A stretch of DNA of 62,676 nt, the filler included, from Collodictyon triciliatum (taxonomy: Eukaryota), in the NCBI GenBank assembly GCA_043381765.1. It is 14 parts of 14 records of this genome, joined end to end, with 100 filler letters (N's around TTAATTAATTAA, not from the genome) between each part and the next. Parts side by side here need not be neighbours in the genome. Positions count along the whole stretch, not along the records: positions 44,855 to 49,238 come from JBHJMP010006165.1; positions 49,339 to 53,718 come from JBHJMP010006166.1; positions 53,819 to 58,200 come from JBHJMP010006167.1; positions 58,301 to 62,676 come from JBHJMP010006168.1; 10 more parts are not named here. The stretch is one strand, 5' to 3'. The notes beneath the pieces were generated by a model, which saw only the letters and a list, made by a program, of their open reading frames with translations, was not told where the DNA came from and did no database searches. Position numbers and translations under genes: made by a program. Below are positions 48,001-59,174 of the stretch, piece by piece (the stretch's first letter is position 1; every line of letters begins with the position of its first letter).

Positions 48001-49050
48001 CATGGAGTTACGCCGGCATCATCAAATAGCCATTCCGTCTCAAACCCTATCTATTCAAATCCAACTCCACTCTCGAATCCGGCTTTGGTGACACCGCGTT
48101 CAAATGCCCAGCCGATGTCTGAGTCCCGAGTCTCAGAGCAAAGAAGTTTTACGCAAACACCATCTCCCATTGATGCCGTCTCTGGGCCAGACAATACACA
48201 GCTGGTCTCTGACATTCAAAATCCTTCAAGTGTAGGATCTTTGAGCTCATCCTTTGTACGCGATGCAACATCGACGGTTGGCGCTGCCTTGAACCAACAT
48301 GCCAAAGTGAACCAGAGCAAAAGCTCGCATGGTTCCTCTGAATCGTCTCGTTCCATGCCCCCATCCATTACGCACAGAGATTTAAATCCCGAATCAACAC
48401 CAGTCCAAAATCCCAGTCAACCAGCCCTACGAATGAATCAAAGAAACCCATCTCCTCCTAAATTATCTCTCCCAGAGCACATTACCGATCGGCAGGGATT
48501 CGTGTCTGATTCCAGAAGAGTAACAGCAGAACACATCACTCAGGGAAATCAAATGCAGACTATAAACCACATACCAGCTGAGTCTCATTTCGGCTCATCG
48601 GGAGGTTATTATTCGGGCAGCTCGAATCCGCCATCACACTTGCCTGCACCGGATTCATCAAAACAAACCTATCTGCACGCGAAACCAATCCAACAAACAC
48701 AGTTCCAACAGTACCAGCAGTTAGATGTGCCCACTTTGTCTGCCAAGGAATTGTTTCCATCGGACAGCTTAGCTCAAGCGGTATCTCATCAATATATCCC
48801 TTCAAATCAGAGTCAAGAATGGTTACATCAAAACCGCACAAACAATCCAATCGCGAGTGAACTGAATCAGGGTGCCCTGTATCGTGACTCGAGTAGAGCC
48901 AACGTTGCTTTACAACCAAATTTCGTTGGCACCTCTTATACTCAGCATCAGGGAATGACTCACTCAAACACGGTGATATCTCCAGCCAGTGCAGTGCGCG
49001 ATAAGGAGCCTGCTTTTCAAGAAATGTTGTATCCTCAAACCAATATTTAA
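45073..49050 (+). CDS. 1325-aa S/T/P-rich, probably disordered ORF with three ~100-aa internal repeats and a (TN)n tract; possibly the first exon of a larger gene
   Basis: 4-kb stop-free frame from an ATG in a gccATGG context. EKSVDFESDFESES recurs at ~46426, 46729 and 47023. Confidence 0.8.
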   Translation: MADDEDDDVGLSSYTMSSGPSTRPRVGRRGPPPPIGGVAKPGLAKPAPSKVAPIKPSLTSEPSPPLVQPPQPVMKAKAPPNLLTIGTLASQLQSPSPTGAGMESGPGTPATPSFLQDETPPATFSSRPASAPATRPLSLGSGVSIFTDGSSPDDSPALAAKTPADRAALGPFSLGSDRHRPASATASGPSGGAPGSARSGFAVPTQSLFHPLPEDNFSDSDNDQDLRTNVPPSTSSTALATKILPPRSAKEDSADSPLLLPDESAPSTRPALHTGSVHSTVSLPSRPSPMSESQAASNPLSTPSFRPSAGAHVLSQLEKAEAQVTHPVQSTPSKPLEHPQQLPVQNTTAVTTIASNANSTTNTNTNTNTNTNTNTNTNTNTNTNTNTNTNTNTNGSTNNSNSATVAPANVFSKPSFKSSSSSITKTVEQPKSVNPTKLTQEPQKQSVQSILEKSVDFESDFESESEPETNTTTKQAVATAKPEVKPEVKSEVKATPDVFTKPSFKSTQPSTSSASSVFSKPSFKTSTSSPLKTTDPPKPLAEPPKKSAQSTLEKSVDFESDFESESEIEPDATAKPTVIPSKPEVKPEVKPTPDVFTKPSFKSTQPSTSSTSSVFSKPSFKTSSTGSSKPSTESTKPSSEYQKQTVQSILEKSVDFESDFESESEPETDVKPIAKPAPSNSKENSTNQSVFQPSHILDQQTEKTTEVNTRVDLDTRPVTSTPSDAEHRQEVPLSTSKMQKNDSIPIAHTQTKAEPLNSAQALNIKSTLSSVSKDIPLDSKESTALIINPANTPPISHTPSGTRADYMKQVDEVLAISSDASSDFADNGDENISQRIGVEKQSPVPFMTPSKSLHNQNQIDGTPETMYNASAQKQTPGLISTSSGNTKTQTSNAHIRSFGEDSIDSAGDSLDIHDLLETNTLVQKQRPVNQNTSLKGSQPNPTPLPNRLMETTEGAAKEIEKRSAEHNLLLNQDRKLHGVTPASSNSHSVSNPIYSNPTPLSNPALVTPRSNAQPMSESRVSEQRSFTQTPSPIDAVSGPDNTQLVSDIQNPSSVGSLSSSFVRDATSTVGAALNQHAKVNQSKSSHGSSESSRSMPPSITHRDLNPESTPVQNPSQPALRMNQRNPSPPKLSLPEHITDRQGFVSDSRRVTAEHITQGNQMQTINHIPAESHFGSSGGYYSGSSNPPSHLPAPDSSKQTYLHAKPIQQTQFQQYQQLDVPTLSAKELFPSDSLAQAVSHQYIPSNQSQEWLHQNRTNNPIASELNQGALYRDSSRANVALQPNFVGTSYTQHQGMTHSNTVISPASAVRDKEPAFQEMLYPQTNI

Positions 49051-49338
49051 ATATGATGTCAGACATCATCTTGAATGTGATGACCAAATCAGTTAATCTG
49101 ATTAGAACCTAATATCGTTTCAAAATTTTAATATTCAGCGAACCATTTTTCCTTTTTTCTTTTTTCTTTTTTCTTTTTTGTTTACAAAAAAAAAAAAAAA
49201 ATACCTAAAGAGATAACGTATCCTTAACTTGTGCCCCGNNNNNNNNNNNNNNNNNNNNNNNNNNNNNNNNNNNNNNNNNNNNTTAATTAATTAANNNNNN
49301 NNNNNNNNNNNNNNNNNNNNNNNNNNNNNNNNNNNNNN

Positions 49339-49389
<51 letters not shown>

Positions 49390-49484
49390 ACAGTTGTACA
49401 TGGATGTGGTTCGCTTTTAAACTATACAACAGCGTTGGTGTAGAAAGCTTAGGCAAAGTCAATTATTTGTTGAAAGTTTATACC

Positions 49485-51930
49485 ATCTCTAATTCAGGCC
49501 TCAGATTTTCGTAAACATCAGGATCGATATCTCTCCCAGAAGTGCGACGATTCTTAATATCGGTAAGTCTTGCCACTTCTCTCCTTCGTTAGGCATGCGT
49601 GATCCTTCGGCAGGAGAGAAAATGGAGAGAGAGAGAGAGAGAGAGAAGGAACGAGAGAGAGAGAGAGAGAGAGGAAGGAAGAGAGAGAGACGATGAGAGA
49701 GAGAGAGAAGAGATGAGAGGGGAGAGGAAAGAGAGAGACGAAGATAGAGAGGCCGTCACGCGGGGCGCGTGAGGACTGTCTTGAGAGAGGAGAGAGAGCA
49801 GGGAGAGAGAGAGAAGAGGGAGAGACGATCGAGAGAGAGAGAGAGAGAGAGATGACGAGGGATGGAGAAAGAGAAGATGGAGAGGATGGAGATGACGGAG
49901 AGAGAAGAGTACGAGCGAGAGAGAGACAGGAGAAAAGCGGAAAAATTAGGAGAAAATAAGCAAAAAAAAAAAAAAAAAAACAGAACATATGGCAAGAACG
50001 TGAATATGAAAAATTATTATCGGTTATACGAACATAGCCAACTTTATCGCGTCAATTTTGCTTGGCAAACCTAAAGTTATTTTCCACTCTGATGCAAGTA
50101 GTTTGCGGTAATGACTGAGCTGATTATAGTGGCTCGTTAGGGGACCAGACTCCGCGTCGCGAATTTTTCATCCGGGGTAAGGGCTGGGCATTTTGCCGTT
50201 CCTCTGCGATCTTCGTTGACGGGGGAGAGGCACAAGCTCGCGTTCATTGAAGAACCTGTTTGATCTGTTATTGCAGGAAGAATAAAATAAAAGACAAAAG
50301 ACACAATTTTTACAGATAGACAAAGACTAAGTAAGACAAAGACAAAGACAAGACAAGGAGAAAGAGAAAGAGATAAGAGAAAAGAAAGAGAGAAAGACGA
50401 AAGATAAAAGTGATAAAGAGAAGAAGAGGAAAAGAAAAGGAAAGAGAAAGAGAAAGCAGAAACGAGAAACGAGAAACAGAGATGAAAGAAGCCAAGCGAA
50501 AGAGAAAGAGAAAGGAGAAAGAGAGAGAGAGGAGACAGCATTGTGAGAACAAAAGAGAAAAGACGAGAAACAAAGAGAAAAAAACGAGTAAATGAGAAAG
50601 AGAAATGAGGAAAAAGAGAGATAGAGAAAGAGGGAAGAGAAAAAGAGAAATTCTTACTGGGGGCTCTCAGCAGAACAGAGCACACCCGAGCTCGGGCTGC
50701 GCCTTCGCGCTTGGGGAAAGAAACCGATCAGAACTCACGTTCCTGTTAATATAGATGATCTCCACTACCACTCACAGAAAGGAGGAGAAGAGAAAGAAAC
50801 AAGAGGCTATGTAAGAGCGGACTCACCCCAGTGTCGGAAGATTCGCAAGAGAACGCAAGAGTCCTAGACTAGCTGCGGCGCGGCGGATGACCACCTACTG
50901 TCTACCGAGTCGCCCACTTGGCCAATGCGCGCAGCTAGAAAGCTGGAGTGCAGAAAAACTTCGATCGCGCCTCCTAACCGCGTGAGGACTTATCACGGCA
51001 GACAAAGAGAAAGGTTCAGAGAATATACTCAGAATGCTGAAGTCAGATGTTAAACAGAGAAAGAAAAAAGAGAAAGAAAAGAGGAAAGATGAAGAGAGAA
51101 AGAGAAAGAGAAATGAGGAAAAAAGAAAAAAAGAAAAGGAAAGCAAAAGAAAAGAAAAAGGAAAAAGAAAAACGAGAAAGAGAAAAAAAAGGAAAAAGAA
51201 TTGATGGGAATGAGATATAAACGGCGATTCTGTCTTTCCTTTCGACCGCTTGGTGGCTAATCAGAGCATCAACTCACAAAGCCGCGCGCGACTAATGCGG
51301 ATCCCGGCTGCGCGCGACGACGCTGATACTCTGCGCACCTTCTGTTTCGCTCGGGACTCCACAAAGCTTTTCTTGCCCTTCGCGCAGGTGATTTTGTCTC
51401 TAACATGGCGGTGTTTCCGGCTCAGTTCACACCACGCCTGGCCAAATTGATCAAGGCTGTGCGCTGTGCCATCACTAAGATTTCAACATCCAGATCAGAT
51501 ATCAATAGTAAGAGCTATTTTCTGGATATACCAAATATGCAACATTAGCGTCCAACTAACACCATCGCAAAAAAATATGCGCGGGCTGCCGCCAAACCGC
51601 GTGGCCGCAACTAGCCGCAATACCGCATAGTATCCGATACATCGTGCCGGTCCTCACCGCAGTAGAAGGATACATTCCTAATACTAGGCGCTCGTGGGGT
51701 CTGGTTGCTACCTGGCGTGCGGTTAGAGAAACGTACAATCGGCAGACTAACTAGTCACACCAGCGATGGGCGCGAACTAACCTTCTGTCCCTCCGCTTCA
51801 TTGATCCGCTCGCATTAGAAACGCACACCGCTGCTTGCTCGCGCCTCTATTCTGACCAGCCAACACATCTGAACTACACTGCCGCGCGTAGTAGACGTAG
51901 TTCCGCCCATAGGCGAAAGCCATGTCGAAT
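49485..51930 (-). pseudogene. Spliced-looking but stop-interrupted region (decayed gene or non-coding transcript)
   Basis: GC-rich blocks alternate with pyrimidine tracts on the minus strand and carry donors GTGAGT (~50827) and GTAAGA (~50656). The blocks I translated had stops in all three frames. Confidence 0.3.
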
Positions 51931-52030
51931 TATGACGCCTCTCTAGGAACGAGTGTTTGGTAGGTGCTATATGGCTCTCTGTGTTTCATTTCTTCCTTTG
52001 TTAAATTATTCTGGCATGTTCGGCAAAAAA

Positions 52031-52088
52031 NNNNNNNNNNNNNNNNNNNNNNNNNNNNNNNNNNNNNNNNNNNNNNNNNNNNNNNNNN
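52031..52088. other. Real scaffold gap (58 N, no linker)
   Basis: The N run lacks TTAATTAATTAA and lies inside one 4380-bp segment. Confidence 0.9.
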
Positions 52089-52428
52089 GAAAGAAAATGG
52101 AGTGAATACAGAGATGTGAGCATCATTCGGCTGAACGAAGTTACTCAGGGTTGCTCTAAACAGCATATGCTCATAATTTCTCGTTCTCAATCATTTCATA
52201 TTCTGTTTCCTATTTAAAGTTTGCCACTGCTCCTACGCATATTTTACTTTTAAAAGTGTTTTCCTCTCCTTTCCTCAGCTAAATGATAAGACACAAATGA
52301 TGTCAATATTTGTTACGTTGCAATAATGGTATCGACAAAAACGTTGTATCATATATCCGATTTCTAATGCGTGCCAAAAGAAAAAAATACGTATGAAAAC
52401 TTTGTACCTACTTGTGCTGCCATTGTAG

Positions 52429-53230
52429 TTGGTAATCTCCCATATGATGCCTCTGAGGATGAACTGAGAGAGCTTTTTTCTCAAGTCGGACCTATTGTTA
52501 GCTTTCGGTAATATCATTGAACACGACTCATACACGCGTGGATACATACATCAGCATATCATTTCACCTCAACTCATTTTATATATTCTTTAAATATACA
52601 AAAATAAATTTTCAAAAAATGAACCAATCTTACTATCTACACATTAAAATAACGTGTTCAACAATCTTTTTAGTTTACCTACAGACAGAGAGAGAGGAAG
52701 ACAAAAAGGCTTTGGGTTCTGTGAATACGCAGATGAAGCAACAGCAGAGTCGGCCATCAGAAACTATATGCTTTTTTGGCTCGATGCCTCATTTCTACTC
52801 AATTATCCTTGGGCATATTCATTCAATATATAACTTCATATCATTCATTTGAAGGAAATTCGCCCAGAAATTGATGTAGTTGTAAGCATCGTTACAAAGC
52901 AGAGAACAATAGCTTCTCTCGGCAAACGACAGAGATTATTACATTTCGACATCTCGATGTTTCCCTTCATCTCTTCAATCGAGAAGAGGAACTCGCTGAG
53001 TTGTAATTGTGAATGCAAGATGAAGAATACACTTCATACTATGCTTCAACTATGGTCTCTTTTTTATTCTTTTTTCTTATTTTTTCTTCGATGAATATTG
53101 TTTCGTCCCCTCCGAATTGGATTCATGGCACCAAACACTGAATGGACGGGACTTCCAAGGACGAGCTCTCCGAGTTAATGCAGCCGACCCAGAAACGACT
53201 GGGATGGAATCAGCGAACACTGCAGCAAAT
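52429..53230 (+). CDS. CSTF2: Cleavage stimulation factor 64-kDa subunit (CSTF2/RNA15) RRM, partial; exons 52429-52507, 52674-52765, 53139-53230
   Basis: [70 protein letters not shown] matches the CstF-64 RRM (GFCEY...SA.RNLNG.....LRV). Confidence 0.85.
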
Positions 53231-53950
53231 GTTTGTATAAATCGATTCAACATGGCCTAATATCGCTATCAAATTTCTCATCTTCGCTACGGTGGAAATA
53301 AAATATGATGGAGACTGAGCTGCTTCTTGTCATTCAACTTTATCATTATAATTCGAATATGTGTATTTAGTGTTCAGCACTCATACATACATTATCTTGT
53401 TTTGAAATCATTCTTTTTGGAGTACTTAAATGCTCATTAAATACGTTTGAAATTGACCGAAAAGAGGCTTCCTGGACGAGGTTACCTTTCACTTCATGTT
53501 TAGAAATGTCCAAAATTAATTGTGATTTACTAGTGCTGATGTAAAATTCTTATCTATGATGCTTTTTTTTTTTCAAAAAAAAAAACCTGTGCATTTTGGT
53601 GTCTAATATGAAAAACGAGGATAATTTTGTAAAAAAAAAAAAAAAAAAATTCTCCTTTTTTTTTTTTTATAATTTATAATTTTTTTTTTTTTTTTTTTTT
53701 TCCCTTTCTTTTTCTCTTNNNNNNNNNNNNNNNNNNNNNNNNNNNNNNNNNNNNNNNNNNNNTTAATTAATTAANNNNNNNNNNNNNNNNNNNNNNNNNN
53801 NNNNNNNNNNNNNNNNNNTTTATTTTATTTTATTTTATTTTATTTTATTTTATTTTATTTTATTTTATTTTATTTTATTTTATTTTATTTTATTTTATTT
53901 TATTTTATTTTATTTTTACTGTTTTCAACCATATAATTTCCATGTAGTAG

Positions 53951-54752
53951 ATATTCGCATTTTCGAAACCATTTGGCGAAATGCACTCTCAATCACATAC
54001 CAATATTTTTCCAATCTATTGGAAACACCCAGATGGACATTCTACAAAATGAAATGCAGAGGTTCCGCAACGAGCCCGTAATACCACCTCAAAGAAATGT
54101 CGCATTAAATCAACAGGACAATGGAGTGGGCTTTTTTAGAATATCGTGGTTTCACTCTTTTCTACTCTTCCTTTTTACTCATTTTCCGTCTTTTTTATAT
54201 TTATTTTGGTATCCTTTAATATTCTCTGGTTCATGGTTTTATTATCGTGCCTCTTGGAAATCAATATTTGTCTTGATGACTTAGCATCGCGGAAATCACC
54301 ACTTTGTTGATGGATTCGACGAAGAAGATGAATACCGTGAGGACGATTTTCTCTTACCCCAGTTCAACCAACAATACCCAAATGCCCCAAATACGCCTAC
54401 GTTAAGAAATCCACAAGTTGTTCAGCCAACACAGGAGAATGTTAATGCGCTTGTGATGTAAGTGCCTCATTTCATATCAATTGTATCGCTTTTCTTTTTC
54501 TCTTTTTTTCTCTTTTTGCGATGGTTTTTGTGATGGCTTTTCTCTTCCCTGCGACATTTTACAATTCTTGGTGAGAATCAATATCCCACAGGCATTACTT
54601 CATCATTTATTTACCCGTCTACTTTTTGATTAAATTTGGTTGGATGCAATTCACGCAGGATGGGCTTTTCGGAAGAGGACGCAACCCGGGCGTTGCTGCA
54701 GACTAGAAATGATGTCCAAATGGCAGCAAATGTTCTTCTTGGGGCGATGTGA
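53951..54752 (+). CDS. C-terminal UBA-domain protein, 3' fragment (possibly UBAC2/Dsc2-like)
   Basis: QENVNALVM|MGFSEEDATRALLQTRNDVQMAANVLL* has the MGF loop and terminal LL of a UBA domain. The family assignment is a guess. Confidence 0.8.
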
Positions 54753-55233
54753 AGAGATAGAGTGACTTTTCACATGATGCAAAAGAGAGCACGTTGAAAA
54801 AGAAAAGAAGAAAAAAGAGATAAAAAATAAGGGATGTTGTTTCATACTCAAACTATATCAGGAAACATAAGATAATAAAAACAAAACAAAAAAAGTCAAA
54901 GAAAGCATTTAAAAGCAAAAGAAAAAAAGATGAACTGTCACGGCCTCTGCAAAACGAGATGTGCTAGGATGCAATCAAAGGGCATGATAATCCAGATTAA
55001 TTATATTTTCATTTTTTTTTTTTTTTGTTGCTCGATTCTTGGCCGCCGCGTGGATGAAGATGAATTCAACGAGAAAAAGGAAAATCCAAGAGAGTGTATC
55101 TAAAGAACATTGCGAACAGGAAGAATCACGCGTGTGTATGAAAGCAAGCAAGAGGAGGAGTGTGATGATATTGGGAATAAGGAATAAGGATTCGTAGCAG
55201 CAATGAGATACACGCAGCCGCGGCAGTTATCCA

Positions 55234-55841
55234 CTACACTAGAGGAGCTTTTAGAATCCGCCGCAAAGAATGTGTGATTATGCGTAGCTGCCGATGCTCC
55301 GACGCCGTGTGGATGACATACTGCTCCACAATCCCAAGAAAAACGTCGAGATCCTCGCGATTTAGTGTCACATGCGAGTCGTTTCCAACCCAGTTCAGGA
55401 CTGTTTCCTGCATCTTAACGAGCTGGCTGTCCAGGTCGGATGATAGGCATCGGTATCCGTCCTCGTCCAGGTCAATCACTTCGATTGCCCCGCCGGGTGA
55501 TGGGATATTGATGGGCCCCTCGCTTAGTGGAGCCTCGCTGCTGGGATGAAGCCCGCGCTGTAATCGGAAGAAATGCCGTGCTTGTCAGTGTTGGGTAGTT
55601 TGTGAACCAACCAGATATATATATGTAAGCATATGAATGGCGTGAATTCAGAATAGAGTGAGATTTCCTCCTGTTTCTTTTTTTTCTTTTTTTCTTTTTT
55701 TCTTTTTTCTTTTTTCTTTTTTCTTTTTTCTTTTTTCTTTTTTCTTTTTTCTTTTTTTTTTTTTTTCTTTTTTCTTTTTTCTTTTTTCTTTTTCTTTTTC
55801 TTTTTCTTTTTTCTTTTTTCTTTTTTCTTTTTTCTTTTTTT

Positions 55842-55873
<32 letters not shown>

Positions 55874-58122
55874 TTTTCTTTTTTCTTTTTCTTTTTTCTT
55901 TTTCTTTTTTCTTTTTTTTTTTTTCTTTTTTCTTTTTTCTTTTTTCTTTTTTCTTTTTTCTTTTTTCTTTTTTCTTTTTTCTTTTTTCTTTTTTCTTTTT
56001 TCTTTTTTCTTCAGCATGTGAAGTACCGGGCTGACAAGCTCTTGGCGCTCATATCCCTGTTGATAGAGCGAGTATTCGTACATGATTTTAATTAGAATAT
56101 GAAAAGAGAGAGATAGGGATATTGTGTATTGTGTAAAATAGTCGTCGACGAAGGATATTTATCCTGATAGCAACAAAATGACATGAAGATGGACCCACCT
56201 GCAGAGTCGATGTAAGATTTTGATTTTCAATAAAGAGCTCCCTCTGGTTGCGTCGTACTCGGTTCATCGTTCCAAACAGCTTCTCTATGTTTTCTTTCAA
56301 CTTAAGGTGGGTGGTTAATACTATCTCGCGCAACAAGCGATTCACTTTTGTTCACCAAAATACTATATCATCGCATGTAAACACCTTCTTTTTCAGCTTT
56401 TTTTTTTTTAGCACGGGACTTTCACGTTATTTCGAAATTGCGTTTACGACTACCAAACCAAAAGGACATATCATAGTGAATGAAGCAGTAGATACTTTTA
56501 TTTGACACTTTTTTTTTCTTTTTACTTTTATGAAGATATAGTACAAATTAAAATATATGTCACGTACAGATTGAATTTCTGGGAAATCGGCGGTGTGAAT
56601 TGGCGCAAGTAATCCTGTTAAAAAAATCATTTTGATACATCTCACATTTGTTGAGAAATAAATAATAAAATTTATATATTATCCGTTTCAACACTAACCA
56701 CCATAGTTCGAATTAGTATCATGTGTGTTTTTGTATCCATTCTCTAGCTAATTTTCGAAAGATTAATTATCTATAATCCATAAAATTACGGAATGTGTTG
56801 AAGCTCACCAAAGGAATTTAATTCTATAAGAAGTTCATTCGTATGTAATGTCATTATGTTTTGTTTCAGAAACCTGGCCTCGGAGATATCGATTCTCTAT
56901 CTCAAGTCGGGACACTTCGTAGCGTGCATGGTAAAGCCTTTTCGTTGTGATCTATTGAAAAAATAATATACTCAAAGTAAGAGTCATAACCTCGCTACAC
57001 TTTGAATCGAATAAAGGAAAAAAAAATACTCAAAGTAAGAGTTGCGACTCCTTCCCATTTCATATCAATTAAACGAAATTTTATGATTTAGTGTGTAAAT
57101 CAATATCAATTATGTTACTATATTACTATCGTGGTGAGATATTTGGAGAGGGTAAAGAAAGACAATAAATGGGAAGATATAGTGATGGTGGACACCTTCA
57201 GTTCAGATTGCATATGGTGTATGAAGCGATGTAGTCTGGCATTCTCTCCTTGCTCTTCCTTCAAAACCTGCTCTGGAGTTTGTCCGACTTTTGTCTGTGT
57301 AGTCATACAATATCTTGAATTTTACAATCAACTAAAACAGTGTCATATGAGAATGATATAGGGATACAATTCATCGGATAATGAACAATTATATCAGATG
57401 GTAGATCTTTTGGGGATTCATTGTATAAAAGTGAAATTGATGGACTATGAGCAAATTACAGCAAGCATTTCGTAGTCGGATACAAGTACACTCATATCAT
57501 CAATCACTCGATACCGTTCTTTTTCACAGTCCTTCAACTATGTAATAGATTAATGTAAGTAATGCCGTTAGTTAAAACTCTTTTCCAGCAAACCATCTAT
57601 CTTTCTTTCCTTTCTTTCTTTTTGGCTATATATAAACCCATGCATCCTTCTGCTTCCATACAGCGCACACCAAACCTTCGTTTCGGTCTCTCTTGCAAGC
57701 AGCTCCCATTCCAGTGCATCTTTCTTGGCCTTCTCCAGTTGCTCGATGGCCTGGTGGGCACATTCCTTCCACTGCGTCAGCTCCAACTCGGCGGCTGTGT
57801 CTTTTGGCAGAGGCGCTTTTGCAAACGCTGCGTCCTCTGATTCGTAACCCGCGTTCATGAGAAACGACGATGCCTGATGAGAAGCCTCCCACATAGACCG
57901 GTGGTTTGGAAACATAGGCTGGTCGTCTTGCTCGGCGACGGAAAAGCCGGTCGGGTCTCTCTTGTGTTGATCGAATGGCTCGAGAAAGGGCGGAGAAGAT
58001 TGCTGTGCAGCAGCGGCAGAAGGGAACATGTCCACATATCCGAGGATGTTCTCCCGTGGAGACTCCATCCAGGCAGGCGCTGCTTTCGCTTGTGGACTTT
58101 GTGACGTGTTATGTGGCTGCAT
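55234..58122 (-). CDS. Multi-exon coiled-coil hypothetical protein
   Basis: GT-AG exons include ELELTQWKECAHQAIEQLEKAKKDALEW, VLKEEQGENARLHRFIHHMQSELK|ITTKRLYHARYEVSRLEIENRYLRGQ and LKENIEKLF..., ending ...KAPLV*. Confidence 0.6.
56968..57042 (+). mobile_element. 5'-truncated non-LTR retroelement insertion with 17-bp target-site duplication
   Basis: ATACTCAAAGTAAGAGT at 56968-56984, then a 33-nt body with AATAAA, then an A tail, then ATACTCAAAGTAAGAGT again at 57026-57042. A second copy is at 17707-17750 on the minus strand. Confidence 0.88.
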
Positions 58123-58148
58123 TCTGAAGAGAAGAGTTCCTTTACTTT

Positions 58149-58200
<52 letters not shown>

Positions 58201-59174
58201 NNNNNNNNNNNNNNNNNNNNNNNNNNNNNNNNNNNNNNNNNNNNTTAATTAATTAANNNNNNNNNNNNNNNNNNNNNNNNNNNNNNNNNNNNNNNNNNNN
58301 TTTTTTGTTCTTTTTGTTTTTTTGTTTTTTGTTTTTTGTCTTTTGTTTTTTGTTTTTTGTTTTTTGTTTGTTTTTTGTTTGTTTTTTGTTTTTTGTTTGT
58401 TTTTTGTTTTTTGTTTTTTCTTCAATTACATAGATCGCGTCATTATGATGAATTTCACATACGCGCGGATAACGACGAATCGATAAACAACATAGAATTT
58501 GACAACCTGTGAATTGTTTACTTACAGAAGTGCCAATATATATTACATTAATACAATTTCATATTTTAAGATTTTAATGGAACAATTGGACAGTTATAAA
58601 AATATTTATTAATAAATTCCAGAAATATAACAATGGAACTCAAGACTAGAATTTCCAAAAATATCACCCAGCGGACTCTGACCTAAAAATGGAAGCTATG
58701 ACGCTTGTGTACGAATTAGGATTATATCCAAATATAGAATTTCCTGTGCGATTGCAAGTACGGTATCACGTCCCTGCAGCAGACATTCATAATTTCCAGA
58801 ACAGTCCGACACGCACCTTTCTTAAAAAGTCATGCTTCAGTGAATTTTCATGAAAGTATCCCATATGCAGATATTCTCCCACGAAAAGATTTCCTTTTAG
58901 GATTCAGCACTCGCCCACAAGAAAAACAAACCGAAAGATGAAAGGAGGCGAGAAAAGTCGCGGGCAGCAACACCCGCTCCGCCATTACTTTTTCAATGGA
59001 CTATCCACTTCCCTGGTTCAGGCAGCCAAACAGCGGCCTGATCGGATACCCTGCAGCAGTGGGGTTCTGAGGAAGATTCTGAGCGACTAGTCGCAGCAAA
59101 GAAGAACCGACTCAAATATCCGCTCCCCTCATTAGAATCAGACGCCCAACCCGGACAAGAGACAAGCACCCAAC

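Noticed and set aside
49485-51960. Alternative genetic code (TAA/TAG read as Gln)
   Set aside because: Conserved genes end in TAG (RPN12), TAA (ELO) and TGA (Lon), and the region also has in-frame TGA, so decay or non-coding status fits better.
54209-54217. GTATCCTTT U12 donor motif
   Set aside because: It lies inside an apparent ordinary intron, which shows the motif can arise by chance. This also tempers the other U12 calls.
58560-59000. Possible small minus-strand exons upstream of the methyltransferase
   Set aside because: I could not build a consistent spliced frame or recognise a product.
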